The notes under the pieces: generated by a model
The model's input: only the letters and a program-made list of their open reading frames with translations
What the model was told of the DNA's origin: nothing
Database searches by the model: none
Made by a program: the position numbers and the translations under genes
Origin: an uncultured Rheinheimera sp.
Lineage (GTDB): Bacteria > Pseudomonadota > Gammaproteobacteria > Enterobacterales > Alteromonadaceae
Length of the DNA: 64,000 bases
Reading direction: 5' to 3'
Assembly (NCBI GenBank): GCA_964525695.1
Contig: CAZGHW010000007.1
Coordinates: forward strand, 56,384-120,383
Part shown: positions 18,492-27,315 of the stretch, in pieces
Layout of the letters: each line of letters begins with the position of its first letter
Numbering within the stretch: the stretch's first letter is position 1

Positions 18492-19151
18492 TCAGGGTGC
18501 GGATTGCGAAAGTCGTTGACGTAATGCCTCGCCAAATTCGGCTGGCTGCCGGTAATACCGGCTTAGTGCCAGTGTTTGCCATTCACCTTTTGCCGTTTCC
18601 AGCGCTGCCGAAGGATAGCCCTGGCCGCCTATCCGCTGTAATAGTTGCCGGCTGTGCTGTAGATGGGCGCTGACCTGCTCAGGGGCAAGCTGCAGATAAG
18701 CTTGCTGAAAATCAGCTGCAACCAATCCGGCCTGCGCAGCCACTGCAACCAGTACTGCAGTTTCGGTGATATTGCGGCCGCCTTGGTAATAGTGTTGCTG
18801 CATCAATTCGAGTAACAACACGGTATCCGCGCCCAGTTGCTGACCTGCCAGCAGCGCCCGGATCGGCGGTAATGAATCCAGCACCATCTCACCACTGCCG
18901 AGCAAGTTGTCGCTGTAAGCTGCAGTAAATGGCTGCCCTGTTAACGCTTCGATTTGGCGGTCAAAATGTAACAGTTGCTGTCGCAAACTGGCGTCGACCC
19001 TTTTGCGCTGAGCACCGCTAAACAAGCCACCGGCATGCACCGCCAACTGTAAGCCTGGTTGCGCCATGGCCTGGCGAAACAGCGGCGCGGCAGCGTAAGT
19101 CCAGCCACAAAGCGGATCAATCAACAGATGTAAGGTTGCTGGTTTTGACAT
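18492..19151 (-). CDS. DsbA/thioredoxin-fold family protein with a single active-site Cys (CGWT)
   Basis: N-terminus MSKPATLHLLIDPLCGWTYAA resembles the DPxCxWC DsbA-like family, but the second Cys is replaced. No signal peptide. Confidence 0.55.
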   Translation of the reverse strand: MSKPATLHLLIDPLCGWTYAAAPLFRQAMAQPGLQLAVHAGGLFSGAQRKRVDASLRQQLLHFDRQIEALTGQPFTAAYSDNLLGSGEMVLDSLPPIRALLAGQQLGADTVLLLELMQQHYYQGGRNITETAVLVAVAAQAGLVAADFQQAYLQLAPEQVSAHLQHSRQLLQRIGGQGYPSAALETAKGEWQTLALSRYYRQPAEFGEALRQRLSQSAP

Positions 19152-19339
19152 AAAACTTTCTCCATTGGTCGGCAATTTGTGTCAGTGCGGCTATTATAAA
19201 TTGCACAAAACAGAATAAAATCCGCAAAACAGGCAATAGATTGTTGCATAATTCGATTCAATAACAGCGGTTGCCTGTTCGTTTTAGCTTGGACAGCATA
19301 ATTCTAGTAACGGTAAAACATGACCTATACAGGAGAAAT

Positions 19340-20233
19340 ATGGATCGGATGACAGCGGCACTGGTATTTAGCACCATAGCGCAGCAAGGCAGCATGGCAG
19401 GCGCAGCCAGGGCTCTTGGTATGTCCAGCGCTATGGTCAGCCGGTATTTACAAGCAATGGAAAACTGGTCGGGGAACAGGCTACTGCACCGTTCCACCCG
19501 TAAACTCAGTTTGACCGCCGCCGGTGAAAGTGCCTTAATCCAGGCCAATGCCTTACTGCGCATTGCCGAAGACATCAGCCAGCCAGCCTTGGAACCACAC
19601 AACTCGCCCAGCGGCAATATTCGTATTTCCTGTGCACAGTTCACCGCACGGTATTTATTGTTGCCCTTTATTCAGCAATTTTTAGCCGAGTTTCCGCGCA
19701 CCAGCATTGATTTGCATATCAGTAATCAAGCGGTGGATTTAGTCGAAGAGCGGATAGATTTAGCGGTCCGGATCACCAACGAGCTGGATCCAAACGTGAT
19801 TGCCAGGCCGCTGGGTCAGTGTGTTTCGGTGTTATGCGCCAGTCCGGCATATCTGGCGCGCGCGGGCACCCCAACCGAACTACAACAGCTAAGCGGTCAT
19901 AACTGTCTGATTTATTCTAATTTCGGGAAAAGTTTCTGGCATTTTCGCGAGGCTGGCGAACCGGTGGCAGTGGAAGTACATGGCAATCTTTCCGCCAATG
20001 AATCGTCATTATTACTGGACGCAACACTGGCCGGTGTTGGCATCAGTATTCAACCACAACAAGCGGCAGCGCCTTATCTAGCCAGCGGCTTGTTGCAACA
20101 ATTATTACCACAAGCAGAGCCCAAACAGCTGGGTATTTTCGGGATTTATCGCTCCAGAAAGCATCAGTCCAGTGCTTTTCAGGTGTTTTTACAGCAGTTA
20201 GTCGCTAATATTGCAGCCAGATCAGGTGACTGA
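19340..20233 (+). CDS. LysR family transcriptional regulator
   Basis: ATG 19340 follows AGGAG. HTH region ...FSTIAQQGSMAGAARALGMSSAMVSRYLQAME. It is divergent from the DsbA-like/MBL pair. Confidence 0.9.
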   Translation: MDRMTAALVFSTIAQQGSMAGAARALGMSSAMVSRYLQAMENWSGNRLLHRSTRKLSLTAAGESALIQANALLRIAEDISQPALEPHNSPSGNIRISCAQFTARYLLLPFIQQFLAEFPRTSIDLHISNQAVDLVEERIDLAVRITNELDPNVIARPLGQCVSVLCASPAYLARAGTPTELQQLSGHNCLIYSNFGKSFWHFREAGEPVAVEVHGNLSANESSLLLDATLAGVGISIQPQQAAAPYLASGLLQQLLPQAEPKQLGIFGIYRSRKHQSSAFQVFLQQLVANIAARSGD

Positions 20234-20250
20234 TCTGGCGTCGCCAGTGA

Positions 20251-20685
20251 TTAGCGGTGATAAGCCCCGCTGCGCTCTGGTTGATACAGGATCTCTAATA
20301 CGCGGATCCACTGCTGGCTTTGATCTGGCATTGGCCACAGGATACGTTCGCCCTGGCGTAAGCCGAGCAGGGCCATGCCAACAGGAGCCAATACTGACAC
20401 TGCTTCTGCCGTGGTTTGTTGCGCCAGATCTTTTGGATAACACAGGGTAAATTGCCGTTCTTCACCACTGGCTTCCAGTAATAACCGTACCGTTGAATTC
20501 ATCGTCACCACATCAAATGGCATTTCCGCAGGTTCCAGCAAATTGGCGCGGTCCAGCTCTTGCTGCAGCAACTGTCGACTAGGGTGTTGCAGCGGTAAGC
20601 GACTTAATAACTGTTCGAGTCTGTCATAATCCAGCGTGGAAATATGCAGCTCAGGCCAAGCCTCTGACATCAAAGTTGCTGTCAT
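20251..20685 (-). CDS. Rnk-type regulator (GreA/GreB C-terminal domain family), paralogue 1
   Basis: ATG 20685 follows AGGAGG. C-terminal ...VSVLAPVGMALLGLRQGERILW is typical of the GreA/B-C domain. Confidence 0.75.
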   Translation of the reverse strand: MTATLMSEAWPELHISTLDYDRLEQLLSRLPLQHPSRQLLQQELDRANLLEPAEMPFDVVTMNSTVRLLLEASGEERQFTLCYPKDLAQQTTAEAVSVLAPVGMALLGLRQGERILWPMPDQSQQWIRVLEILYQPERSGAYHR

Positions 20686-20779
20686 CAATGTTCCTCCTTT
20701 TATTGGCAATCTGCCGGTTAAACCAAACCAGCACTGTTTTACTGTCAGGCTGAATTCTGCCTGCTTGCTCAGTCATCGC

Positions 20780-21190
20780 TTAGCGCCGGGCTGACGCCGG
20801 TCGACACTGGACTCTGAGCACATCAAGCACCTGAAATTGCAATTTGCTGCGACATAACTGCAATTCAATCCGATCGCCACTTTGTTTGCCCAGTAGCGCA
20901 GCCCCGAGTGGCGAAAACACCGAAATCAGTCCTTGCTCCGGTTGTTCAGTTTGCGCTGGGCTGAGCAAGGTTAACCACTGACTTTGTTGCAGCGTCAGAT
21001 CAAGTAAAAAGACCGAACAGCCGGGGGCAATGCCCGACTGGCTCAGTTTGCTGCGTGATCGTTGCTCTGCCAGCTGCGCCAGCACATCGGCTAGCCGCCA
21101 CGGCGGCAGTGGTTGAATTTGTTGGCGAGCCAAAGCTGAAATAACCTGGGCACCAGCGGCGGCCAGGGTTCGATAAGTTCGGAGTGTCAT
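20780..21190 (-). CDS. Rnk-type regulator (GreA/GreB C-terminal domain family), paralogue 2
   Basis: C-terminal ...ISVFSPLGAALLGKQSGDRIELQL. The N-terminal half is divergent. Confidence 0.6.
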   Translation of the reverse strand: MTLRTYRTLAAAGAQVISALARQQIQPLPPWRLADVLAQLAEQRSRSKLSQSGIAPGCSVFLLDLTLQQSQWLTLLSPAQTEQPEQGLISVFSPLGAALLGKQSGDRIELQLCRSKLQFQVLDVLRVQCRPASARR

Positions 21191-21380
21191 CACTTTTCCT
21201 GCTGAAGATTAAAGCTAAAAAAACAACAAGCAAAACAGCCGGCCCTGAATAACTCAGAGCCGGCTTAGTGATGGAAGACGGTAATGGAATGCCACAGTGG
21301 AAGGGCAAGATGTAACACGATGAACCTCCCATGTTGATTAAATTTGGATAAGAGCTGCACCATACCCGATTTAACCACAG

Positions 21381-21416
21381 AGTTCAAACCTGCTGCGGTT
21401 AATGACCGACAGCAGG
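21381..21416 (-). terminator. Intrinsic terminator after the siderophore receptor gene
   Basis: CCTGCTG-N14-CAGCAGG, followed on the minus strand by TTTGAACT. It lies 24 nt after the stop at 21440. Confidence 0.55.
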
Positions 21417-21439
21417 CGTTCACCCCAGTAAGCGACTGG

Positions 21440-23641
21440 TTAATATTGCCAACTCAGGCTTAGCGACACATTACGCGGTTCGCCATAGTTGGCATAATCA
21501 ATATTGGCCCAATACAGCTTATCCAGCGCATTACTGATACTCAACCGGCTTTGCAATTGTTCGTTAATTTGCCAACTGGCAAACAGATTCAGCAAGGTAT
21601 AAGACGACTGTCGGAACGTCGCGCCTTGTTTCAGTAGCGGGTGCGACACCCCATAACCGACAGTCTCACTTTGCCAATTAATGCCAGCGCCAAGGGTCAC
21701 GCCAGGCAGCAGCGGTGACACATCGTAGTGACCAGAGAATTGCAGCGTATGTTTGGGTAAATTGGTCCAGATCCGCTCATTGGCAGGCCGGCTGGTATCG
21801 ACATAACTGTAACCGGCATTAAGCAGCAATTGATCCGCCAGCTTGCCGCTTAAACTCAACTCAACGCCCTGGCTTTCAGTGCCATTCACCGCCAGATAAG
21901 CCGAACTGCCATCCGGCAGTGAATTCTCTGGCTGCGATAGATCCCGCACGGCAAAATTGTCTTGTCGGGTTTTAAACAGCGCCACAGTCGCGAATAATTG
22001 CTGCTCCAGCAGCTGCGCCTTGATGCCGATTTCGGCATTAGAGCCGACCAATGGCGCTAACAAATTGTTGTCTTTATCTTTGTAATTCTGCGGGTTAAAA
22101 ATATCTGTGTAGCTGGCATATAGCGAATAATCGGCATTCAGCTCGTACACCAGTCCGGCATAAGGTGTCACTTCATTGTTCACTTCATAACTGCCGGTGG
22201 TGTTGACATAAACACCGCTGGTATTGAAATTGTCAGTGCCGGTTTGCCAGGAACTGAGCCGGGCACCAGTGATCAGCGACCAGCCTTCCGTCAACCGGAA
22301 ACGATTCACTGCATACACACCGTGCTGCTCGGTGGTCGCCAGCCGGTTGGCGCCGGTTTTGCGATAGACAGGTTTAGGCGCAGTGCCATCATAAGCCCGG
22401 GCGTCCGGCACCTGATAAGACCAACCCGCCACCGAAGACATCAGCAGGGTGTCTGCTTCGGTTTTGGCGATATTGGCTCCGACAATCAGATCATGTTCAA
22501 GCTCAAAAGCGCTATAACTGCCGGTGAGATAGAGATCCAGACCAGTGCGGATATCTTCACCAGCGCCAACCCCAGCCAGTAAAGTTAAGCCTTTGCCGCT
22601 GTTTCGATCGGCAAAACCTGTGGCATAAACCCGCAGACTCTCCACTTCGCCTTGGGTTCGGTTCAGCGCCGCTGTCAATTGCCAACGTTCATTCAACCGA
22701 TGTTTCACATCAGCAAATAAGGTGCTGCTCTCGCGCTGCCATTTGGTCCAATTCGGCGCAAAACTACTGGATACCGGAAAGTCAGCCAGACTGCCGTCGG
22801 CATGATAGAGCGGAATAGTGCCCCAGATAGTCCCGGTCGGGTTATTGTCTTGCAACTGCAAACCAAAGGCGGCTGTGGTATCAGCGGTTAAATCCGCTTC
22901 CACGATCGCAAGCGCCGCCGTTTTATCTTCTGTATAACGGTCGCGAAAACTATCAGCATCCTGTGATGCCACCACCAACCGGCTTCGCACAGTGCCATCG
23001 CTATTCAGTGGCGAACTGACATCAAGTTCAGCCCGGCGCAAATTCCAGGAGCCGATCCGGCCTGTCAGGTTCAGCGCAAATTCTTTGCCAGGTCTTTTGC
23101 GGATCAGATTGACGGTGGCTGAAGGCGCCCCAGGCCCGGTAAATAGCCCATTGGCGCCACGGATCACTTCCACTCTGTCATATAAGGCGGTGTCATATTC
23201 CTGATTGGTCGAGCCGCTATAAGTTGGAATGCCGTCAACCTGAAAATCCGTGATCTGAAAACCACGGGCAAAATACACTGGCCGCTGTGTGTCATACAGG
23301 CTGACATTGACGCCAGGCACATTCATCATCACATCGTTGATATCTGTCATACTGGCAGCCGCCATCAATTCAGCTGAAATCGCACTGATCGACTGCGGAA
23401 TTTCTTTGATGGTCAGCGGCATCCGGGTTGGCGTTGCTACGTCAGTTGATTTGGCATGAACCGTTATTTTTTCGATATCATCTTCTGCCGGCGTGTTCTG
23501 GTTGGAAGCGACTGTGGCCGCCATCACCTGACCATGACACAACAGACCCAGCGCAATTGCACTGGCTAAATAACCTAATGGCATCCTGCCGCTGATTCCA
23601 TGTTTTGCACAGTGATCGATATGTTTTTCCAGACGATTCAT
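21440..23641 (-). CDS. TonB-dependent siderophore receptor
   Basis: Start ATG 23641 (MNRLEKH..) follows GGGGAG. Signal peptide ...LLCHGQVMAATV, plug (...IPQSISAISAELM...), barrel and a terminal ...LSWQY. The ORF-track start 23794 would place the Fur box inside the gene. Confidence 0.9.
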   Translation of the reverse strand: MNRLEKHIDHCAKHGISGRMPLGYLASAIALGLLCHGQVMAATVASNQNTPAEDDIEKITVHAKSTDVATPTRMPLTIKEIPQSISAISAELMAAASMTDINDVMMNVPGVNVSLYDTQRPVYFARGFQITDFQVDGIPTYSGSTNQEYDTALYDRVEVIRGANGLFTGPGAPSATVNLIRKRPGKEFALNLTGRIGSWNLRRAELDVSSPLNSDGTVRSRLVVASQDADSFRDRYTEDKTAALAIVEADLTADTTAAFGLQLQDNNPTGTIWGTIPLYHADGSLADFPVSSSFAPNWTKWQRESSTLFADVKHRLNERWQLTAALNRTQGEVESLRVYATGFADRNSGKGLTLLAGVGAGEDIRTGLDLYLTGSYSAFELEHDLIVGANIAKTEADTLLMSSVAGWSYQVPDARAYDGTAPKPVYRKTGANRLATTEQHGVYAVNRFRLTEGWSLITGARLSSWQTGTDNFNTSGVYVNTTGSYEVNNEVTPYAGLVYELNADYSLYASYTDIFNPQNYKDKDNNLLAPLVGSNAEIGIKAQLLEQQLFATVALFKTRQDNFAVRDLSQPENSLPDGSSAYLAVNGTESQGVELSLSGKLADQLLLNAGYSYVDTSRPANERIWTNLPKHTLQFSGHYDVSPLLPGVTLGAGINWQSETVGYGVSHPLLKQGATFRQSSYTLLNLFASWQINEQLQSRLSISNALDKLYWANIDYANYGEPRNVSLSLSWQY

Positions 23642-23679
23642 CTTAAAACTCCCCATAACAGCGCCACAACGGCCGAAGA

Positions 23680-23698
23680 TCAAATGATAATGATTTGC
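23680..23698. promoter_or_regulatory. Fur box upstream of the siderophore receptor
   Basis: TCAAATGATAATGATTTGC matches GATAATGATAATCATTATC at 13/19 positions (contiguous AATGATAAT core). It lies 39-57 nt upstream of the ATG at 23641. Confidence 0.6.
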
Positions 23699-23938
23699 AT
23701 TAGCGGCGCGGAGTTTATAAGTTGTCGCGCTGGGGAACAAGCATTTTTTTAGCCAATTGGCATTTTCGCCAGCCAGAAACCCTCCGCAAGACATTTGAAT
23801 TTTTCAGCGCAACCCAACGTAAATAATGATTAAGTTGTTGCTTTTATAAAACAATTGTCTGCTAATCTAATACCTGAACTAAGTAAATCCGGCGGCTTGT
23901 ATGACAAGCAGTAACCTGCAGGTCGCAGGCAGTGAAAG

Positions 23939-24679
23939 GTGAGTCTGATGCAACAATGGCTGTATATTGGAATGCTCTGTATCACCTGGTTGGCGCTACC
24001 GCTTAAGGCACAGCAGTTACAGCTGTTGGTGGGGGTGGAAAAGCCACCTTATATTAAAATGGCAAGTCAAAGCGGTTACGAGCTGGAATTGCTCCGCACT
24101 GTAGTAAAACGGATGGGCTTTGATAGCCAGTTTATTCATGTGCCCAACGGCAGGCTGCTGGATATGTTTACTGCAGGTCAAGCTGATTTAGTGTCATTAC
24201 AACAAGGTGCACCCGCGGGTTTATACCCGACAGAGCCATATATCAGTTATCAGAATATTTTGATTGTGCGACAGGATTTACCTAAACCTATTCGGAGCCT
24301 CAGCGACCTGGCCGGACTGCGGGTGATGGCTTTTCAAAACGCACGTCAGTTTTTACCAGCCGACTATGCCGCAGCCATCAAACACAGCAGTAGTTATCTG
24401 GAAGTGGTCGACCAACAGCAGCTGCCAGCCTTGTTACTAAAAAACCGGGTTGATGTGCTGGTGATGGACCGCAATATCTTTTGGCATTATTACCGCCAGA
24501 CAGCGCCAACCGATACCAGTCTGCAAGTGCTTAATTTTTTCAAACCCAATCAATACCATATGCTGGCCCGCACACCAGAAGCCGCCGCCCGTTTTAATAA
24601 AGCACTGGCCGAAGTCAAACAGTCGGCATTGTTTGCCAGCTTGCAAATGCAGTATTTTGCCGAGTTAAATCAGCTTTGA
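23939..24679 (+). CDS. Periplasmic solute-binding protein, family 3 type (orphan, no permease or ATPase nearby)
   Basis: 246 aa. Signal peptide ...LALPLKAQQ. Two-lobe SBP_bac_3-like layout (PPYI..., ...DLV..., ...VDVLVMD). Alternative ATG at 23948. Confidence 0.6.
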   Translation: MSLMQQWLYIGMLCITWLALPLKAQQLQLLVGVEKPPYIKMASQSGYELELLRTVVKRMGFDSQFIHVPNGRLLDMFTAGQADLVSLQQGAPAGLYPTEPYISYQNILIVRQDLPKPIRSLSDLAGLRVMAFQNARQFLPADYAAAIKHSSSYLEVVDQQQLPALLLKNRVDVLVMDRNIFWHYYRQTAPTDTSLQVLNFFKPNQYHMLARTPEAAARFNKALAEVKQSALFASLQMQYFAELNQL

Positions 24680-24784
24680 TAAAGCGTTGCGGCGCAGGCA
24701 CTGGTTTTTAATTGCGCTGCTGCATATAAAATAATCCGAATCACGATCCAGATTATTTTCTTTTCAAAAGAAGGGATTAGATAG

Positions 24785-25258
24785 TTAAGGAGAGAGTTGC
24801 GCGTCCGTGGCAGCTTTTAAAAGAGCATCCCAATCATCCGGGGGATTGCCTGACTTTAGCATCTTTGCAAACACTTTGTAAGCATCCGACTTACTGTCGT
24901 AGGCTCGTTTGCTGTCTTCATCATTGACCCAAGCATAAACAATAATTTTCGATTCAAGATGATAACGAAAGAATAGCCGATATTGCTGAAAAAATTTGGC
25001 ACGAAACCAATGTTTATTGTGGTCACCTAAAGTCGTCACTTGGCGATAGTCTGGCAACGTTGGATCTTGAGGAATAATCTCAAAAGCCAGCTTATAGATT
25101 GCTGCTAACCGCTTCGTGTCGTTTTTCTTCATGTACCCTGCTGGATCTTTTGCTTTTAATGCCTCTACTTTGTCTTTCAACGTTTGGTACTGCTGTGCAA
25201 AAAGAGGATGGGTAAATAGCGTCCAACCATTGACCACCATCGGAACATTGTCTGGCAA
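24785..25258 (-). CDS. yhaV: Type II toxin YhaV (ribonuclease toxin)
   Basis: 157 aa, colinear with E. coli YhaV as recalled: VNGWTLFTHPLF, LKAKDP, YRLFFRY, VYAWVNDE, DAYKVFAKMLKSGNPPDDW. Confidence 0.85.
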   Translation of the reverse strand: MPDNVPMVVNGWTLFTHPLFAQQYQTLKDKVEALKAKDPAGYMKKNDTKRLAAIYKLAFEIIPQDPTLPDYRQVTTLGDHNKHWFRAKFFQQYRLFFRYHLESKIIVYAWVNDEDSKRAYDSKSDAYKVFAKMLKSGNPPDDWDALLKAATDAQLSP

Positions 25259-25260
25259 AG

Positions 25261-25593
25261 TTATTCATCCTCATCAGACAATGCTGCATCCAAATCCACT
25301 TCTACCCCAGTGACCAGCGATGCCACGCATCGACGCATACTCGCTGATAATGGTTGTAACTTTTCAGGATGCTTTTGCATATCAACAGCCAAAAAGGATA
25401 AAAACTGGTCCAGCACAGGATCAGTTGCCGCCGTCTCAGCTCGTTGCATCAGCACGCTGCCATCGGATTGGATGATGTATTTAATCTTGTCTTTCTTATC
25501 CAGATGCAATGCCTGACGCACAGGACTTGGCACTGTTGTCTGGAAACGATCTGTCAATGTTGATTCTGCTTCCAAAGCCATTTGTACAAACAT
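25261..25593 (-). CDS. prlF: Type II antitoxin PrlF (SohA), AbrB/SpoVT-type
   Basis: ATG 25593 follows GGAG. ESTLTDRFQTTVPSPVRQALHL (SpoVT/AbrB swapped-hairpin) and an acidic tail ...DLDAALSDEDE. It ends 2 nt before yhaV. Confidence 0.8.
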   Translation of the reverse strand: MFVQMALEAESTLTDRFQTTVPSPVRQALHLDKKDKIKYIIQSDGSVLMQRAETAATDPVLDQFLSFLAVDMQKHPEKLQPLSASMRRCVASLVTGVEVDLDAALSDEDE

Positions 25594-25693
25594 GATGTTC
25601 TCCGCAGGTTGAAGCTGGCTAATAACGGCTAGTTTAGTCGCAAAGGGGGGGTAATGCAAATGCATTACCTTGGTGCAAATAGTAAAAAGGGGT

Positions 25694-25764
25694 GCATGTT
25701 TCGGATGAATCCGAACACTCATTTCGGTCCAATTCGATCACCCATTTCGGTTTTATCCGATCAC
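25694..25764. repeat. Three to four tandem 23-24-bp iterons in the prlF/transposase divergent region
   Basis: CATGTTTCGGATGAATCCGAACAC / TCATTTCGGTCCAATTCGATCAC / CCATTTCGGTTTTATCCGATCAC, then a degenerate CCATTTTCCGAAATCG. Confidence 0.6.
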
Positions 25765-25877
25765 TTTTAGCCATTTTCCGAAATCGCCCGCGCGAATCCT
25801 GGACACCCAAACACCCTCAAAATAAACTTTAAACTAACTAAATTTAAAACTTCTATTTTTGCCGTCAGGATGACACC

Positions 25878-26849
25878 ATGCCCAAACCACGCCATCAACA
25901 AATCAGTGTGAGTGAAACACCTTATTATCACTTGGTCAGCCGTTGTGTTCGCCGCGCATTTTTATGTGGCGTGACAGAAACTTATAACTTTGAGCATCGC
26001 CGAGGCTGGATACTGGAGCGTTTGGCACTGCTCAGTCAAATGTTCGCCATCGATATTGCTGCTTTTGCGCTGATGTCGAACCATTACCATTTAGTCGTGC
26101 GGGTTGATGCGGCCAAAGCAGCCGCCTGGAGCGCTCAGGAGATTGCGAAGCGCTGGCAGCTGTTATTTTGTTTGCCGGTGTTGGTTGAGCGTTATCTGAG
26201 TGGAGGCTCTAGTGGTGAAGTCGAAAACCAAGTGACTGCAGCTATTCTGGAAAAATGGCGTACCAGACTTTGTGACATTAGCTGGTTTATGCGCTGTCTG
26301 AACGAACATATCGCGAGGCTGGCCAACCTTGAAGACCACTGCACAGGCCGCTTTTGGGAAGGAAGGTTTAAATCGCAGGCGCTGCTGGATGAAAAAGCTC
26401 TGCTGACCGCCATGGCCTATGTTGATTTAAATCCTATCCGCGCGCAGATGGCACAGACGCCAGAAACGTCTGACTACACCAGCATCCAGCAACGGCTTGG
26501 CAAGGCCATCCACTCTGTCTTTCATGGACCGTTGTTGCCATTTGCCGGCAATAGCCAGCAACAGAATGCACAGCAGCATATTCCGTATCATTTTATTGAT
26601 TATGTTGAACTTGTTGAATGGACAGGCCGACAGTTGCGCGATGGCAAACGCGGTTTGATTGACCAGAATCAACCTCCCATCCTGGCTCGCCTTGGTATCT
26701 CAGAGGCTTGTTGGCTACAAAACTGCCAGCAGCTTGAAATCGATTTTTATCAAGTGATTGGCCCTATCAGTTCACTGAAACAATTCTGCCAGAAACTAGG
26801 ACTACGCTGGTTGCATGGTCAAACTGCCTGCCGACGAAGTTTTGGCTAA
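25878..26849 (+). CDS. HUH / Y1 (IS200-like, REP-associated-type) transposase family protein
   Basis: 323 aa. N-terminal YYHLVSRCVRRAFL, HUH motif SNHYHLVVRV, catalytic-Tyr region AMAYVDLNPIRA. No recognisable IS ends or second copy in the window. Confidence 0.7.
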   Translation: MPKPRHQQISVSETPYYHLVSRCVRRAFLCGVTETYNFEHRRGWILERLALLSQMFAIDIAAFALMSNHYHLVVRVDAAKAAAWSAQEIAKRWQLLFCLPVLVERYLSGGSSGEVENQVTAAILEKWRTRLCDISWFMRCLNEHIARLANLEDHCTGRFWEGRFKSQALLDEKALLTAMAYVDLNPIRAQMAQTPETSDYTSIQQRLGKAIHSVFHGPLLPFAGNSQQQNAQQHIPYHFIDYVELVEWTGRQLRDGKRGLIDQNQPPILARLGISEACWLQNCQQLEIDFYQVIGPISSLKQFCQKLGLRWLHGQTACRRSFG

Positions 26850-27173
26850 GTCCGAAATTTTCCACCGCAAAATTGATAAGAAACCGCAGCAGCGGCAATA
26901 ACGGCTGCCTAAAAATTAGTTTCCCCCGCCAAGTGCACTTTTTTGCTGCAATTTAAAGCCTTCAAATCCACATCGATAAGCTTGAATTTAAAATATCGTG
27001 ACTAAAGAAACCATATTTTAGAAACAGCTGATTGCACTGTTTCCAAAAAGTGGGTGGCTTGTTTTGCTTAATTGTAGGCGCTGCAGCAAATTGATAGCCC
27101 TGCTGGTCAACACTGATCACTGCTACTGGAAATCACTGATCGGGCTGCTGGGGATTTTGCGCGGTTTGGGGAT

Positions 27174-27204
27174 AAAAAAGGACACCGGTTTATGGGTGTC
27201 CTTT
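27174..27204 (-). terminator. Intrinsic terminator after the ankyrin gene
   Basis: Minus strand reads AAGGACACC-N8-GGTGTCCTT followed by TTTTTAT. Confidence 0.7.
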
Positions 27205-27315
27205 GAATCACTGAATTGTCTGCATGGATAAATATCTCTTTTATCGGGACATCTATAACCGATTGCCAAAACGTGGCTGTCCTGAATTGTGCTGGTATAA
27301 GGCAAAAAATTTATC

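Noticed and set aside
23642-23794. N-terminal extensions proposed by the ORF track: TBDR 23642-23794, motY 36300-36413, prlF 25594-25722, halogenase-2 10902-10979, fliP 41891-41965, motA 45488-45538, fliJ 28921-28980.
   Set aside because: Downstream ATGs have Shine-Dalgarno sequences and begin at the conserved family N-terminus or signal peptide. The extensions overlap neighbouring genes or regulatory sites, such as the Fur box.
23821-23839. Second Fur-like sequence AAATAATGATTAAGTTGTT.
   Set aside because: Only the first 9-10 bases match the consensus and the second half is unrelated. It is mentioned but not called as a feature.
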